A stretch of DNA of 64,000 nt, taken from contig CAWFUG010000010.1 in the NCBI GenBank assembly GCA_963818965.1, forward strand, positions 1 through 64,000. Reading direction: 5' to 3'. The position numbers and the translations under genes were made by a program. Positions 20,708 to 30,594 of this stretch are shown piece by piece. The notes under the pieces are model-generated. The model ran no database searches, was not told the origin of the DNA, and saw nothing but the letters and a program-made list of their open reading frames with translations. Numbering within the stretch: the stretch's first letter is position 1; each line of letters starts with the position of its first letter. The stretch comes from an uncultured Verrucomicrobiae bacterium. Lineage in GTDB: Bacteria > Chlamydiota > Chlamydiia > Chlamydiales > Rhabdochlamydiaceae.

Positions 20708-22693
20708 CTACAGCAATCGGTCTAAGATCGAGTCGACTGTAAAACCGAATTCCGCAGCGAGATCGCTCTGCGGAGCTGATTCGCCAAAGGTCTCGATGCT
20801 AATGGCAATCCCGTCAAACCCGATCCACTTCGACCAGCCAAAGCTGACACCAGACTCTATGCTAACGCGCTGGCCGATATCTCCCCCAAGGAGGCTATCT
20901 TTGTACTCATCAGATTGTTGCTCAAAGAGCTCCCAGCAAGGCATCGAAATCACGCGGACTGATTTACCGATCTTCTCTAAAGCCGCTGCGACATCGAGAG
21001 CGAGCGACACTTCAGAACCCGTTGCCATGAGAGTAAAGTCGGGTTTACGCTCCTCTTTTTTAAGCAGGTAAGCCCCTCTTCCCATCCCTTGATCATAAGG
21101 GAGATCTGCCTGCTTTAATTGTGGTAAAGCCTGGCGAGAGAGAATCAATGCCGTGGGACCCCGGTAGCGCAAGGCAGCGATCCATGCCATCTTCATCTCC
21201 CAATTGTCCGCAGGGCGGATCACTTGGAGATTTGGAATCGCGCGGAGTGCCGCATAGTGCTCGATCGGTTGGTGCGTCGGACCATCTTCCCCTAAGAAAA
21301 TGGAATCGTGGGTGAATTGGTAGATGACTTGTATCTTTGAAAGCGCCGCAAGTCGAATGGCATTGCGCATGTAATCGGAAAAAGTCAAAAAGGTCCCGAT
21401 GTAAGGGGTGATCATATCCGTTTGAGCGAGACCCGTCGCGATTGTCGCCATCCCAAATTCGCGCACGCCGTATTTGAGATTGCGCCCAGCAAAATTCCCC
21501 TTCGTGATGATCGGGAATTTCTTCATCATCGTCATATCGGAAGAAGAGAGATCAGCAGAACCTCCGACGAGCTCGGGAATGAGATCTCCCAACGCATTCA
21601 ACACGCTCTGCGAGCTATTGCGCGTGGCCAGCGGACTTTTGATCTCTAACTTGTGCAGTTCGTCTTCTAAATGATCAGGCAGGTGCTTTTCCACCATTTG
21701 CATGAATTTTTTGTAGAGTTCTGGTTTGTTTTCAGCATAACGGCGGAGCATCTCCTTCCACCTTTGCTCCAGAGCCCCATCCTTGATGCTTTTTTGCTCA
21801 AAATAGGTGTAGACCGACTGGGGAACATAAAACTCTTCCTCAGGCAATCCCAGCTCTTTTTTCGATAATTGCACTTCTTCGACACCCAAAGGAGATCCAT
21901 GCGCTTTATGAGTTCCCGCTTTGTTGGGAGAGCCCTTACCGATGATCGTATGCAAGATGACCAGGCACGGCTTTGTCTGATGCTCTCGAATCTGTTGAAA
22001 GGCCTGTTCCATCTGATCGAAATCGTATCCGTCGACTTCGAATACATCCCATCCATAGGCTAAGTAGCGCAACTTCGTATCCTCAGAGTCGGAATCGGCG
22101 AGGAACCCATCGAGCGTGATTTTATTAGAATCATAGATCAATACGAGATTGTCCAATCCCAAATGCCCTGCGAACGAAGACGCCTCTGCGGAAACCCCTT
22201 CCATCAGACAGCCATCGCCAGCTAAACAATACACTTTGCTATTAAACAGCGGAAATTCATCTGTATTGAAACGAGCCGCTAACATCTTCAAGCCCAAAGC
22301 CTGTCCGACAGCGTTACCCACTCCCTGTCCCAAAGGACCCGTCGTCGCCTCTACGCCGACAGTGATATGGTATTCAGGATGACCTGGTGTTTTCGAATGG
22401 AGTTGGCGAAACCGCTTAATCTCCTCCATCGGCAACCCAAATCCGGCGAGATGCAGCAAAGAATAGAGCAACATCGAACCGTGTCCTGCAGAGAGAACGA
22501 ATCGGTCCCGATTGAGCCATTTTGGATTTTTCGGATTGTGTCGCAGGAGCACCCCATAGAGATAAGCGCCAAACTCAGCACATCCCATCGGCAACCCGGG
22601 GTGTCCCGAATTCGCCTTTTGCACCGCATCCATCGACAATCCCCGAATCGTGCCGGCGATCTTACTCAATTGTTTTTTTAACTCTGCTTCCAT
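20708..22693 (-). CDS. tkt: Transketolase
   Basis: SGHPGLPMG, DRFVLSAGHGS, GDGCLMEG, THDSIFLGEDGPTHQP. Confidence 0.98.
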   Translation of the reverse strand: MEAELKKQLSKIAGTIRGLSMDAVQKANSGHPGLPMGCAEFGAYLYGVLLRHNPKNPKWLNRDRFVLSAGHGSMLLYSLLHLAGFGLPMEEIKRFRQLHSKTPGHPEYHITVGVEATTGPLGQGVGNAVGQALGLKMLAARFNTDEFPLFNSKVYCLAGDGCLMEGVSAEASSFAGHLGLDNLVLIYDSNKITLDGFLADSDSEDTKLRYLAYGWDVFEVDGYDFDQMEQAFQQIREHQTKPCLVILHTIIGKGSPNKAGTHKAHGSPLGVEEVQLSKKELGLPEEEFYVPQSVYTYFEQKSIKDGALEQRWKEMLRRYAENKPELYKKFMQMVEKHLPDHLEDELHKLEIKSPLATRNSSQSVLNALGDLIPELVGGSADLSSSDMTMMKKFPIITKGNFAGRNLKYGVREFGMATIATGLAQTDMITPYIGTFLTFSDYMRNAIRLAALSKIQVIYQFTHDSIFLGEDGPTHQPIEHYAALRAIPNLQVIRPADNWEMKMAWIAALRYRGPTALILSRQALPQLKQADLPYDQGMGRGAYLLKKEERKPDFTLMATGSEVSLALDVAAALEKIGKSVRVISMPCWELFEQQSDEYKDSLLGGDIGQRVSIESGVSFGWSKWIGFDGIAISIETFGESAPQSDLAAEFGFTVDSILDRLL

Positions 22694-22781
22694 GTGCTAC
22701 AGCTCCTGTTCGCCTTAAAAATTAAGGATCATACAGAGAACAAAGAATATTTAGAAGGGGGGTGTGCGCTATTTGATGCTA

Positions 22782-22801
22782 TTTGAGTCCACTTGGGTAT
22801 A
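22782..22801. repeat. Terminal remnant of TATA-ended palindromic element
   Basis: tttgagtccacttgggtata, matches 6832-6851 and 26121-26140. Confidence 0.6.
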
Positions 22802-22835
22802 GCTCCCCCTCATTCCATTCTGAATATATGCAATG

Positions 22836-22899
22836 TCACCACAGAGAGGAAATTTTTTAATATGAATTCCCTCTCTGTGGTTTTCCATCTCTGTGATGA
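22836..22899. repeat. ACCACAGAG REP/BIME-like inverted repeat, copy 3
   Basis: tcaccacagagagg...ctctctgtggttttccatctctgtgatga. Confidence 0.8.
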
Positions 22900-22994
22900 A
22901 ATTCAGCTATTTAGGCAACAACGCCCCGGATTAGACAGTAAAGTATATTTTTAATTAACCTGAAACAAGCTTTTCCACAAAAATAAACTATAAA

Positions 22995-23023
22995 TTGACG
23001 CAAACCTTAAAAGTAAATATAAT
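22995..23023 (+). promoter_or_regulatory. Sigma70/sigma66-type promoter of paralog 1
   Basis: TTGACG-17 nt-TATAAT; equivalent sites upstream of paralogs 2 and 3. Confidence 0.75.
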
Positions 23024-23068
23024 ATAATGTACGCCTTTTAAGATCAGCAAACAAAATAATGGAATAAA

Positions 23069-26047
23069 GTGTCGCTATTACATCACTTGAATTTAGACCC
23101 TACCTGTCGCCTAGACCAATACCTATCCCATGAAATTCTGCATCCCGAAGCAGCCGGGGACCCTCTTGTCGGATTTCACTTAGTAGAAGAATCTAAAAAA
23201 TTATTCGAATCCGCCACTAAAAAACTGAAAAGCACACTTTCCCTCCACAGCCTTATACCAGATCCTTTTTTGCATACCCTCTCCTACCTGACTCCTGTAG
23301 ACAGGAAAATTGCCCGTCTCGTCTGCCGCCACTGGAATAAAAGCTTAGAGCGAATCGCTCTCGAGGAAAAAAATGCTGAAATAATGAAGCACTTCGAACC
23401 CTTAAGAAAAACGTTAGGGCTTTTGAGAGAGCATTTTTCTGTTCATCCCCCCATCACTCCTATGTGCAACGGATTTATCGCTCAATTTTTAAGGGATATC
23501 TTGCCCGATAGAAAAGATGTGCGGTCTGTAGATGAAGTAAAGAGGCTAGAGGATAAGGCCCAATCAGAGATCGGGAACTTGTTACTCCTATTGGACGAAG
23601 AAGAACTCGCGGCTTTTTTACAATTTTCAAACTTCAGCAGAGACAGCCATTTAGCGAACTTGTTAGATTTCATCATAAAATGTGTACCTCTCTATAGAGA
23701 AGAAGAAAATGCCAGCGATGATATCCACTCTCTTCGCACTCTCGTGGATTGCCACCCTGCTTTTCCACTAGATGATCAGGATGAGATAGTAAAAGAACTA
23801 CAGAGGAGGATAGAGAAAGAGGCCAAAGAGGATAATCCCCTGCGCGCTGCCCAGTTGGCGATATTATATTCTGAAATACTGCCCCAAAAAACCTCTACCC
23901 AAGTGGACTTCTTAGAAGCCCTGAGCTGGCTATTAATCAAGAGGGGCTTTTTCATTCCTGGCAGGCAAATTGCGACGCTCTCGATTCAAGCGCGCCCTAA
24001 CTATTCCTTCCGTACCTGTCAGATCGCACAGAAGATCCAAGCTGAGGCACTAAAAGAGACCCAAAACGGCAATCCAACCCAAGCGGTCCAATGGGCCACA
24101 TTATATTTTCAAATACCGCCTCAGAAGGACGCTACCAAAGCAGCCCACTTAGCAACGATGAACTGGATATTAATCGACAGAGGGTTTTTCGTTCAGGCGA
24201 TGCAAATGATGACACTCTGCATTCAAGCCTACTCTGATCCCTTAGTCAAGGTGCGGGCGATCATGGGGCTCCACAAAAAATTATCAACACATCGAGGAGC
24301 AAAGGCTACGGCGGAACAGCTCTCCCAAGTTCCTGAATTCTATTGCAGAACAGTTATTGAATCAGAAAAACAGGAGTGGGGTCTGCGCACCTGTTTGACA
24401 ATCGCACAAGAATGTATCCTCATGGGACAAGACAATCATGTTTTTGCAAAAAGCCAAGAGGCTCTTTACTCGATTGGCCTTCGGTTAATCGATTTGATGG
24501 CGACAGATGCTTTAGGGATTTATAAAATGGATCCACTGACTCCTAACATAGACTTGAAATTTCCTCCAAAAACAGTAGAGATTTTTAAAAAGATAGGCTG
24601 CGCATTTGTTGAGAAAGGTTTTTTTAATGAAGCTGTCGACATCGCTGTCATCTGTGCTAAAACGGTTGTTAAAAGCGTACAGAAGACGCAAGCAATACGA
24701 GAAATCGGTGCAGCATTGATCAAAAAACAAGGAGCTTCTGAACAAGTCCTTCAAATCACTGAGATCTGTTGCAAAATGGCCACCAAGGCCGATGTGGAAG
24801 ATTGGATGCAAGCCCTCTTTGATATGATCTCTATAGCAGATAAGGCAGGAAATTCCGCTCTTGCAAGTGATATAGTGACTCAAGCGTTGACCCTTAGCTT
24901 ATCTGGGAGAAATTTTGAAGGAAAAACAAAGGTCCTGTTTAACCTGTTAAAGCACCTTGCAGCGTGCCATATACTGGACGGCAATTTCGTCGAAGCACGG
25001 CACTATTTTGAGAGCCTGCGGCCTATTGCAGATACGAGAACACAGATCCAAGTGCTCAAAGATTTAGTGGAAACACACATTACAAGTGCTTCCTTCCAGG
25101 ATGAAGAAATCGAGAACTACTCTCCTGAAAAGGCATACGCGCTGTTTCGGCAACAACTTCCCACCCTTCTAGAACAACTCTATGAAAATACTCAGGATTT
25201 TGAAGACTTTTACTCCAAGGATGTCTTTTACTTCTTCCCCCTTCTTTTTGAAATGGAAGAAATGGGACTAGCCCAGGAACTGATGGAAAGAGCCCTCATT
25301 ATTGTTCATCAAAAACACACAGAAGACGAACTATTTTTGGATGAGATTTTTAATAATGAGTTCTTTTCTCTCCTTTGCCAGATGGGAAAGGAGGAACGGG
25401 CCAGAGAATTGATGGATCTAGTCATTGCGACTCTTCACAAGAATTATCCTAAGGGTGAAAAATTTTGTAATGAGCTCTTTAAGCGAGACATCTTCTCCCA
25501 CCTTTGTAAAATGGGAGATTTGGGACAGGCCAGAAAATTGATGGATCAAGTCGTTGCAATCCTTCGTCAGAAACACCCTGAAGACACAAAATTTTTTAAT
25601 CAGCTCTTTGAGCAAAAGATCTTCTCCCACCTTTTTGAGATGAGAGATTTGGTGCGAGCCCAAGAATTAATGCAGCAAGCCCTTACAACTTTCCGTCAAA
25701 AATACCCAAGAGACGACAAGTTTTTCGAAGCGCTCATTAAGCAGGGTGTTTTTGTACAGCTTTGCGAAATAGGAGATACCGCTGAAGCGATCCGTCTGTT
25801 TAAAACAATGCCTACAAATTTTGCTCCAAGAGCCGTGCATAAGCATAACAACGGTCTAAAATCTATAGCATACGAGTTAATGGAAGCTGTCGATCAAACA
25901 GGGGGAGCTGGTGAAGAGCCCTTGCATAGAATCTTAGAGATTTGGGAAATGCTCATTAACGATCCAGACAAAACAAGATTAATAGAACTAGTAGGAAGCT
26001 GGAGATATACCGAACGTGACTCAAGAATCGGGATTGGGCCGATGTGA
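23069..26047 (+). CDS. F-box-like / helical-repeat protein, paralog 1 (putative secreted effector)
   Basis: IPDPFLHTLSYLTPVDRKIARLVCRHWN is F-box-like; duplicated ~78-aa module; about 4 copies of a 43-aa repeat. Confidence 0.8.
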   Translation: MSLLHHLNLDPTCRLDQYLSHEILHPEAAGDPLVGFHLVEESKKLFESATKKLKSTLSLHSLIPDPFLHTLSYLTPVDRKIARLVCRHWNKSLERIALEEKNAEIMKHFEPLRKTLGLLREHFSVHPPITPMCNGFIAQFLRDILPDRKDVRSVDEVKRLEDKAQSEIGNLLLLLDEEELAAFLQFSNFSRDSHLANLLDFIIKCVPLYREEENASDDIHSLRTLVDCHPAFPLDDQDEIVKELQRRIEKEAKEDNPLRAAQLAILYSEILPQKTSTQVDFLEALSWLLIKRGFFIPGRQIATLSIQARPNYSFRTCQIAQKIQAEALKETQNGNPTQAVQWATLYFQIPPQKDATKAAHLATMNWILIDRGFFVQAMQMMTLCIQAYSDPLVKVRAIMGLHKKLSTHRGAKATAEQLSQVPEFYCRTVIESEKQEWGLRTCLTIAQECILMGQDNHVFAKSQEALYSIGLRLIDLMATDALGIYKMDPLTPNIDLKFPPKTVEIFKKIGCAFVEKGFFNEAVDIAVICAKTVVKSVQKTQAIREIGAALIKKQGASEQVLQITEICCKMATKADVEDWMQALFDMISIADKAGNSALASDIVTQALTLSLSGRNFEGKTKVLFNLLKHLAACHILDGNFVEARHYFESLRPIADTRTQIQVLKDLVETHITSASFQDEEIENYSPEKAYALFRQQLPTLLEQLYENTQDFEDFYSKDVFYFFPLLFEMEEMGLAQELMERALIIVHQKHTEDELFLDEIFNNEFFSLLCQMGKEERARELMDLVIATLHKNYPKGEKFCNELFKRDIFSHLCKMGDLGQARKLMDQVVAILRQKHPEDTKFFNQLFEQKIFSHLFEMRDLVRAQELMQQALTTFRQKYPRDDKFFEALIKQGVFVQLCEIGDTAEAIRLFKTMPTNFAPRAVHKHNNGLKSIAYELMEAVDQTGGAGEEPLHRILEIWEMLINDPDKTRLIELVGSWRYTERDSRIGIGPM

Positions 26048-26104
26048 AAACTCCCCCGGGGTTCGACATGGCCCAATCCCGATTCTTGAGTCCCGTTCGG
26101 TATA
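26006..26104. mobile_element. 99-bp TATA-ended palindromic element overlapping the paralog 1 stop
   Basis: tataccgaacgtgactcaagaatcgggattgggcc...ggcccaatcccgattcttgagtcccgttcggtata. Confidence 0.85.
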
Positions 26105-26119
26105 AGCTGGGAAGCCAAG

Positions 26120-26140
26120 TTTTGAGTCCACTTGGATATA
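26120..26140. repeat. Terminal remnant of TATA-ended palindromic element
   Basis: ttttgagtccacttggatata. Confidence 0.6.
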
Positions 26141-26161
26141 GACAGGTGCCGAATCTGGCAC

Positions 26162-26482
26162 CGAACAAACTGTAAATCTTTTTAAAACAGGAAAACAAGT
26201 AAATATTTTACTTACACGCTACTCCCGCAAGGCAGCGGGGGGGCCTCCTACCTATGTCCAATCGCCCATTTTTGGTATAACCCTCTTTAATCCAATCAGT
26301 TAAGGGAAGCTAGTAAAGCAATTAATTGAAACCCTCCCACTGAAAGCTCCCTCCGGGGGCGCAATCTGTTCCATTATGCTTCTGACAAAAATAAACTACA
26401 AATTGACGCAAAATTAAAAACCAAATACAATTATAGACATATTATTAATACGTAACAAGAAAAATTAACACGGGAAAATAAA
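26162..26482. repeat. Duplicated upstream region of paralog 2 (second copy about 30272-30594)
   Basis: Near-identical gaacaaactgtaaat...ctactcccgcaaggcagcggggg...aattgacg blocks. Confidence 0.9.
26403..26431 (+). promoter_or_regulatory. Sigma70/sigma66-type promoter of paralog 2
   Basis: TTGACG-17 nt-TACAAT. Confidence 0.72.
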
Positions 26483-29400
26483 GTGTCCATATTAAATCAC
26501 TTAAATTCAGAACCAAACTATTCTGTATACCAAAACCTATCTCGCCACATCCTATCCTACTTGGATCAAGACTCCCAAAGAGCGGTGGCCTGTGCCGGCA
26601 GTGGATTGAACCAACTCGCCACACTCCACTTGGCAGAAGATGTTAAAGAATTATTTTACACTACCATTAAAGCACTGAGAAAAAAAACCGCCTCCCATGA
26701 ACACAGATCCGATACTTTTTTGCATATTCTCTCCTTTCTGAATTCTCTAGATAGGAGAATTGCCCACTGCGTCTCCCATCACTGGAATCACAGCTTGGAT
26801 CGGTTAGCGCTCGAGGAAAAAAACACTGAAATCCGTAAGCACTTCGAACCTTTAAGAAAAACGGTGGGGCTTTTGGAAGAGCATTTTTCGCTTCACCTCA
26901 ACATCTCTCCTGAGCGTAAGGCGTTTATCGCTGCGACTTTAAAGGACCTCTTGCCGAGCAGAAAAGACGTGAAAGATGTTGCTGACGTAAAGGCGCTTGA
27001 ATACTTCGCGCAATTAGGTATCACGAACTTATTGCGATCATTGGACGAAAAAGAGCTCGCGGCTTTTTTACAATTTTCAGACTTCAGCAGGGATAACGAT
27101 TTAGCGAAATTTTTAGATCTCATCATAAAATGCGCACCTCTCTATGGAGAAGATGGAAGTGCCAGGGATGATAGCGGCTCTCTTCTGGCTATCTTGGACT
27201 GCGATCCTTATTTTCCACTGGATGGTTTTTCTCCGATAACACAGGAGATACAAGATAGGGCAGAGAAAGAGGCCCGAGAAGGCGATCCCGTCCGAGCTGT
27301 CCAGTTGGCCACAGTATATTCTGAAATGCTGTCCGAGAATTACTTTATCAGGGCAAACCGATTGGCAACGATGAGCTGGTTATTAATCGAGAGGGGGAAG
27401 TTCGTCCCTGGTATGCAAATTGCGACACTCTGCGTTCAAGCAGTCCCCGAACACTTAGTGAATTATTGGAATCCCATAGAACGGAAAATACAAGAGGGGG
27501 CAGAGAAAGCGGCCCGAGAGGGCAATCCCAACCAAACTGTCTGGTTGGCTACATTATATTCTGAAATAACGCCTAAGGTTGACTATACCGGGACCAAGGG
27601 AAACCACTTGGCAACGATAAGCTTTCTATTAATCGAGAGGGGATTTTTCGATGCTGGCATGCAAATTATAACACTCGGCATTCAAGCGACCCCTAACCAC
27701 TTACTCAAAGTGCGCACGATTGAGGACTTCTATATTTCATTGGCACAGCAAGGAGGAACGGAGGAACAACTCTCCCAAGTCACTAAATTCTATTGCAGAA
27801 CAGTAATTGAAGCAGAGAAAAATGGGTGGAGTCTGGATGATTGTTTGCACATCGCAAGAGCGTGTGAGCGCATGGCGATTTGGTCCGGGGCCTTTGTAGA
27901 AAGGGAAGAGGCTCTTTGGTCGATTGGCGTTGGGTTAATCCAGCAGTTTGACATTTTTAGAACGGACCCACTGGATCCTTACAGCTCCTTTGAACTTGAT
28001 CCAACAACAGCGAAAATTTTTCAGACAATTGGCTGTGTATTTGTTGAGAAAGGTTTTTTCAATGAAGCTGTCGACATCAGTGTAATCTGCGCTAAAACGG
28101 TTTTTAAAGGCCCAGAGAAGGCGCAAGCAATAGGAGGGTTGGGTAACGTATTAGTGAAACAAGGAGCTTCTGAACACGTCCTTCAAATCGCTGAGATCTG
28201 TTGCAAAATGGCCACCGCAGCCGATCTGCAAGATTATCTTGAAGCCCTCTGCGATATGATCCTTATGGCAGATGATAAAGGGAATCCCGCTCTCGGCAGA
28301 GATATCGCTCATCAAGCGTTGACCCTCTCATTGAAGAAAAGTGAGCAGGAACCTCTGTTCAACACCTTAGAGAGCCTTGCATTTCGCCATTTGAGAAACG
28401 GCAATTTTCAGGAAGCGCTCCACTATTTTGAGAGCCTGTGTCCTCTTGCAGATACGAGAGAACAGATTAAGAGCCTGAAGGATTTAGTAGAAGCCTATCC
28501 CAACAACCCTCCGCCTGAAAAAGTATACGCATTTTTGCGGCAAGAGCTGCCTGTTTTTTTGGAACAACTCTATGGAGACGATCGGGCTTTTGAAGAATTT
28601 TACTCCGCAGACGTCTTCTCCCTCTTCCCCCTCCTTCTTGAAATGGGAGAAATGGGACTAGCCCAGGAATTGATGGAAAGAGCCCTCATTATTGTTCATC
28701 AAAAACATACAGAAGACGAACTATTTTTGAATGAGATTTTTGATAATAAATTCTTTTTACTCCTTTGTCGCATGGGAAATGTGGAACGGGCCAGGGAATT
28801 AATGGATCTAGTCATTGCGATTCTTCGCAAGAACTACCCTGAGGACGAAAATTTTTGCTCTCAGATCTTTCGGCGAGACATCTTCTTCCACCTTTGTAAC
28901 ATGAGAGATGTAGGACGGGCTAGGGAGTTAATGGGCCAAGTCCTTACGATGCTTCGTCTGCAATATCCTAAGGATACAAAATTTTGCTCTCAGATCTTTC
29001 GGCGAGACATCTTCTCCCACCTTTGTAACATGAGAGATGTAGGACGGGCTAGGGAGTTAATGGGCCAAGTCCTTACGATGCTTCGTCTGCAATATCCTAA
29101 GGATACAAAATTTTGCGATCAGATCTTTAGGTGCAACATCTTCTCCCACCTTTGTAACATGAGAGATGTAGGACGGGCCAGAGAATTAATGGATCAAGTG
29201 ATCGCGATTTTTCGTGAGAAATACCCTGAGGACAGAAAGTTTTTTAGTCAGCTCTTTGAACGGAAGATCTTCTCCCACCTTTGTAAAATGGGAGATTTGG
29301 TACGAGCACAGGAATTGATGAATCAAGTCATTACAACTCTCCGTCAAAAACATCCGAAAGACAACGAATTTTTCGCAGCGCTTGTTAATCAGGGCGTTTT

Positions 29401-30058
29401 TGTTCATCTTTACGAAATGGGAGATATCGATGGAGCTATCCGTCTCTTTGAAACAATGCCAGCAGACTTTGTCCCTAACCGAACAGACGTGCGCAAGCAC
29501 AATAAAAATTTAAAAGAAATTGCTCTCGAATTACGGATTGATTTCGAATTAATGGAAAACAATAGATCTGTGTCTGAAGAATCTGTGCATAGAATCTTGC
29601 AGATTTTAGGAATGCTCATCCGCGACCCAGATAAAAAAAGGTTAATAAAAAAAGTAGAACGCTTGCAGAAACGGAAATTGATGAATCAAGCCGTTACAAC
29701 TCTCCGTCAAAAATATCCAAAAGACAACGAATTTTTCGCAGAGCTTATTAAACAGGGTGTTTTTGTACAGCTTTGCGAAATCGGAGCTGTCGACAAAGCT
29801 TTCCAGCTCTTTGAAACAATGCCAGCAGACTTTGTTCCTGACAGCGTGCGCAAGCATAATAAAAATCTAAAGAAGATTGCGCTCGAATTAATGGAAAACA
29901 AGAAATCTGTATCTGAGGAGTCTAAGTATAAAATCTTACAGATTTTAGGAATGCTCATTGAAGATCCAGATAAAGAAAAGTTAATGAAAAAATTACAGCA
30001 CTTCAAGCTTGGGGGCGGCTCTTCGTCTGAATCTTCATCTTCATCTGACTCTGACTAA
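26483..30058 (+). CDS. F-box-like / helical-repeat protein, paralog 2
   Basis: Two F-box-like motifs; about 6 copies of the 43-aa repeat; duplicated C-terminal module; Ser-rich tail. Confidence 0.82.
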   Translation: MSILNHLNSEPNYSVYQNLSRHILSYLDQDSQRAVACAGSGLNQLATLHLAEDVKELFYTTIKALRKKTASHEHRSDTFLHILSFLNSLDRRIAHCVSHHWNHSLDRLALEEKNTEIRKHFEPLRKTVGLLEEHFSLHLNISPERKAFIAATLKDLLPSRKDVKDVADVKALEYFAQLGITNLLRSLDEKELAAFLQFSDFSRDNDLAKFLDLIIKCAPLYGEDGSARDDSGSLLAILDCDPYFPLDGFSPITQEIQDRAEKEAREGDPVRAVQLATVYSEMLSENYFIRANRLATMSWLLIERGKFVPGMQIATLCVQAVPEHLVNYWNPIERKIQEGAEKAAREGNPNQTVWLATLYSEITPKVDYTGTKGNHLATISFLLIERGFFDAGMQIITLGIQATPNHLLKVRTIEDFYISLAQQGGTEEQLSQVTKFYCRTVIEAEKNGWSLDDCLHIARACERMAIWSGAFVEREEALWSIGVGLIQQFDIFRTDPLDPYSSFELDPTTAKIFQTIGCVFVEKGFFNEAVDISVICAKTVFKGPEKAQAIGGLGNVLVKQGASEHVLQIAEICCKMATAADLQDYLEALCDMILMADDKGNPALGRDIAHQALTLSLKKSEQEPLFNTLESLAFRHLRNGNFQEALHYFESLCPLADTREQIKSLKDLVEAYPNNPPPEKVYAFLRQELPVFLEQLYGDDRAFEEFYSADVFSLFPLLLEMGEMGLAQELMERALIIVHQKHTEDELFLNEIFDNKFFLLLCRMGNVERARELMDLVIAILRKNYPEDENFCSQIFRRDIFFHLCNMRDVGRARELMGQVLTMLRLQYPKDTKFCSQIFRRDIFSHLCNMRDVGRARELMGQVLTMLRLQYPKDTKFCDQIFRCNIFSHLCNMRDVGRARELMDQVIAIFREKYPEDRKFFSQLFERKIFSHLCKMGDLVRAQELMNQVITTLRQKHPKDNEFFAALVNQGVFVHLYEMGDIDGAIRLFETMPADFVPNRTDVRKHNKNLKEIALELRIDFELMENNRSVSEESVHRILQILGMLIRDPDKKRLIKKVERLQKRKLMNQAVTTLRQKYPKDNEFFAELIKQGVFVQLCEIGAVDKAFQLFETMPADFVPDSVRKHNKNLKKIALELMENKKSVSEESKYKILQILGMLIEDPDKEKLMKKLQHFKLGGGSSSESSSSSDSD
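28853..29190 (+). repeat. Near-perfect 129-bp (43-codon) intragenic tandem repeat
   Basis: Units start at 28853, 28982, 29111; the first two differ at one visible position. Confidence 0.93.
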
Positions 30059-30071
30059 TATTAAGGGCAAG

Positions 30072-30109
30072 TTTGACCGTGGGGCGCTGCGAAAGCTCCC
30101 ACGGTCAAA
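30072..30109. repeat. 38-bp hairpin after paralog 2 (element-derived, possible terminator)
   Basis: tttgaccgtggggcgctgcgaaagctcccacggtcaaa; identical at 33696-33733. Confidence 0.75.
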
Positions 30110-30270
30110 TATACCACTTCCACCTCAATCGTAACCAAGAAACCCGAATGAAAAGTTCTCAAAATTCGAATCAAAGGTCGGGATTAATATTAAATTCAAT
30201 ATTGCCCCGACCTTTGATTCGAATTTTGAGGCTTTTATACCCCCCGCGCTTGAGGTGGAAGCACTGTATA
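30110..30270. mobile_element. 161-bp TATA-ended palindromic element
   Basis: tataccacttccacctcaa...ctcaaaattcgaatcaaaggtcggg...cccgacctttgattcgaattttgag...ttgaggtggaagcactgtata. Confidence 0.78.
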
Positions 30271-30514
30271 ACGAACAAACTGTAAATTTTTCTTTAAAAA
30301 CAGAAAGACAAGTAAATGTTTTACTCGCACGCTACTCCCGCAAGGCAGCGGGGGGCCTCCTACCTATGTCCAATCACCCATTTTTGGTATAACCCTCTTT
30401 AATACAATTAGTTAAGACAAGATAATGAAGCAATTAATTAAAACCCTCTCCCTGAAAGCTCCCTCCGGGGGCGCAATCTGTTCCATTATGCTTCTGACAA
30501 AAATAAACTACAAA

Positions 30515-30543
30515 TTGACGTAAAATTAAAAACCAAATACAAT
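30515..30543 (+). promoter_or_regulatory. Sigma70/sigma66-type promoter of paralog 3
   Basis: TTGACG-17 nt-TACAAT. Confidence 0.72.
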
Positions 30544-30594
30544 AATAGAAACATTATTAATATGTAACATTAAAAATTAACACAGGAAAGCAAA

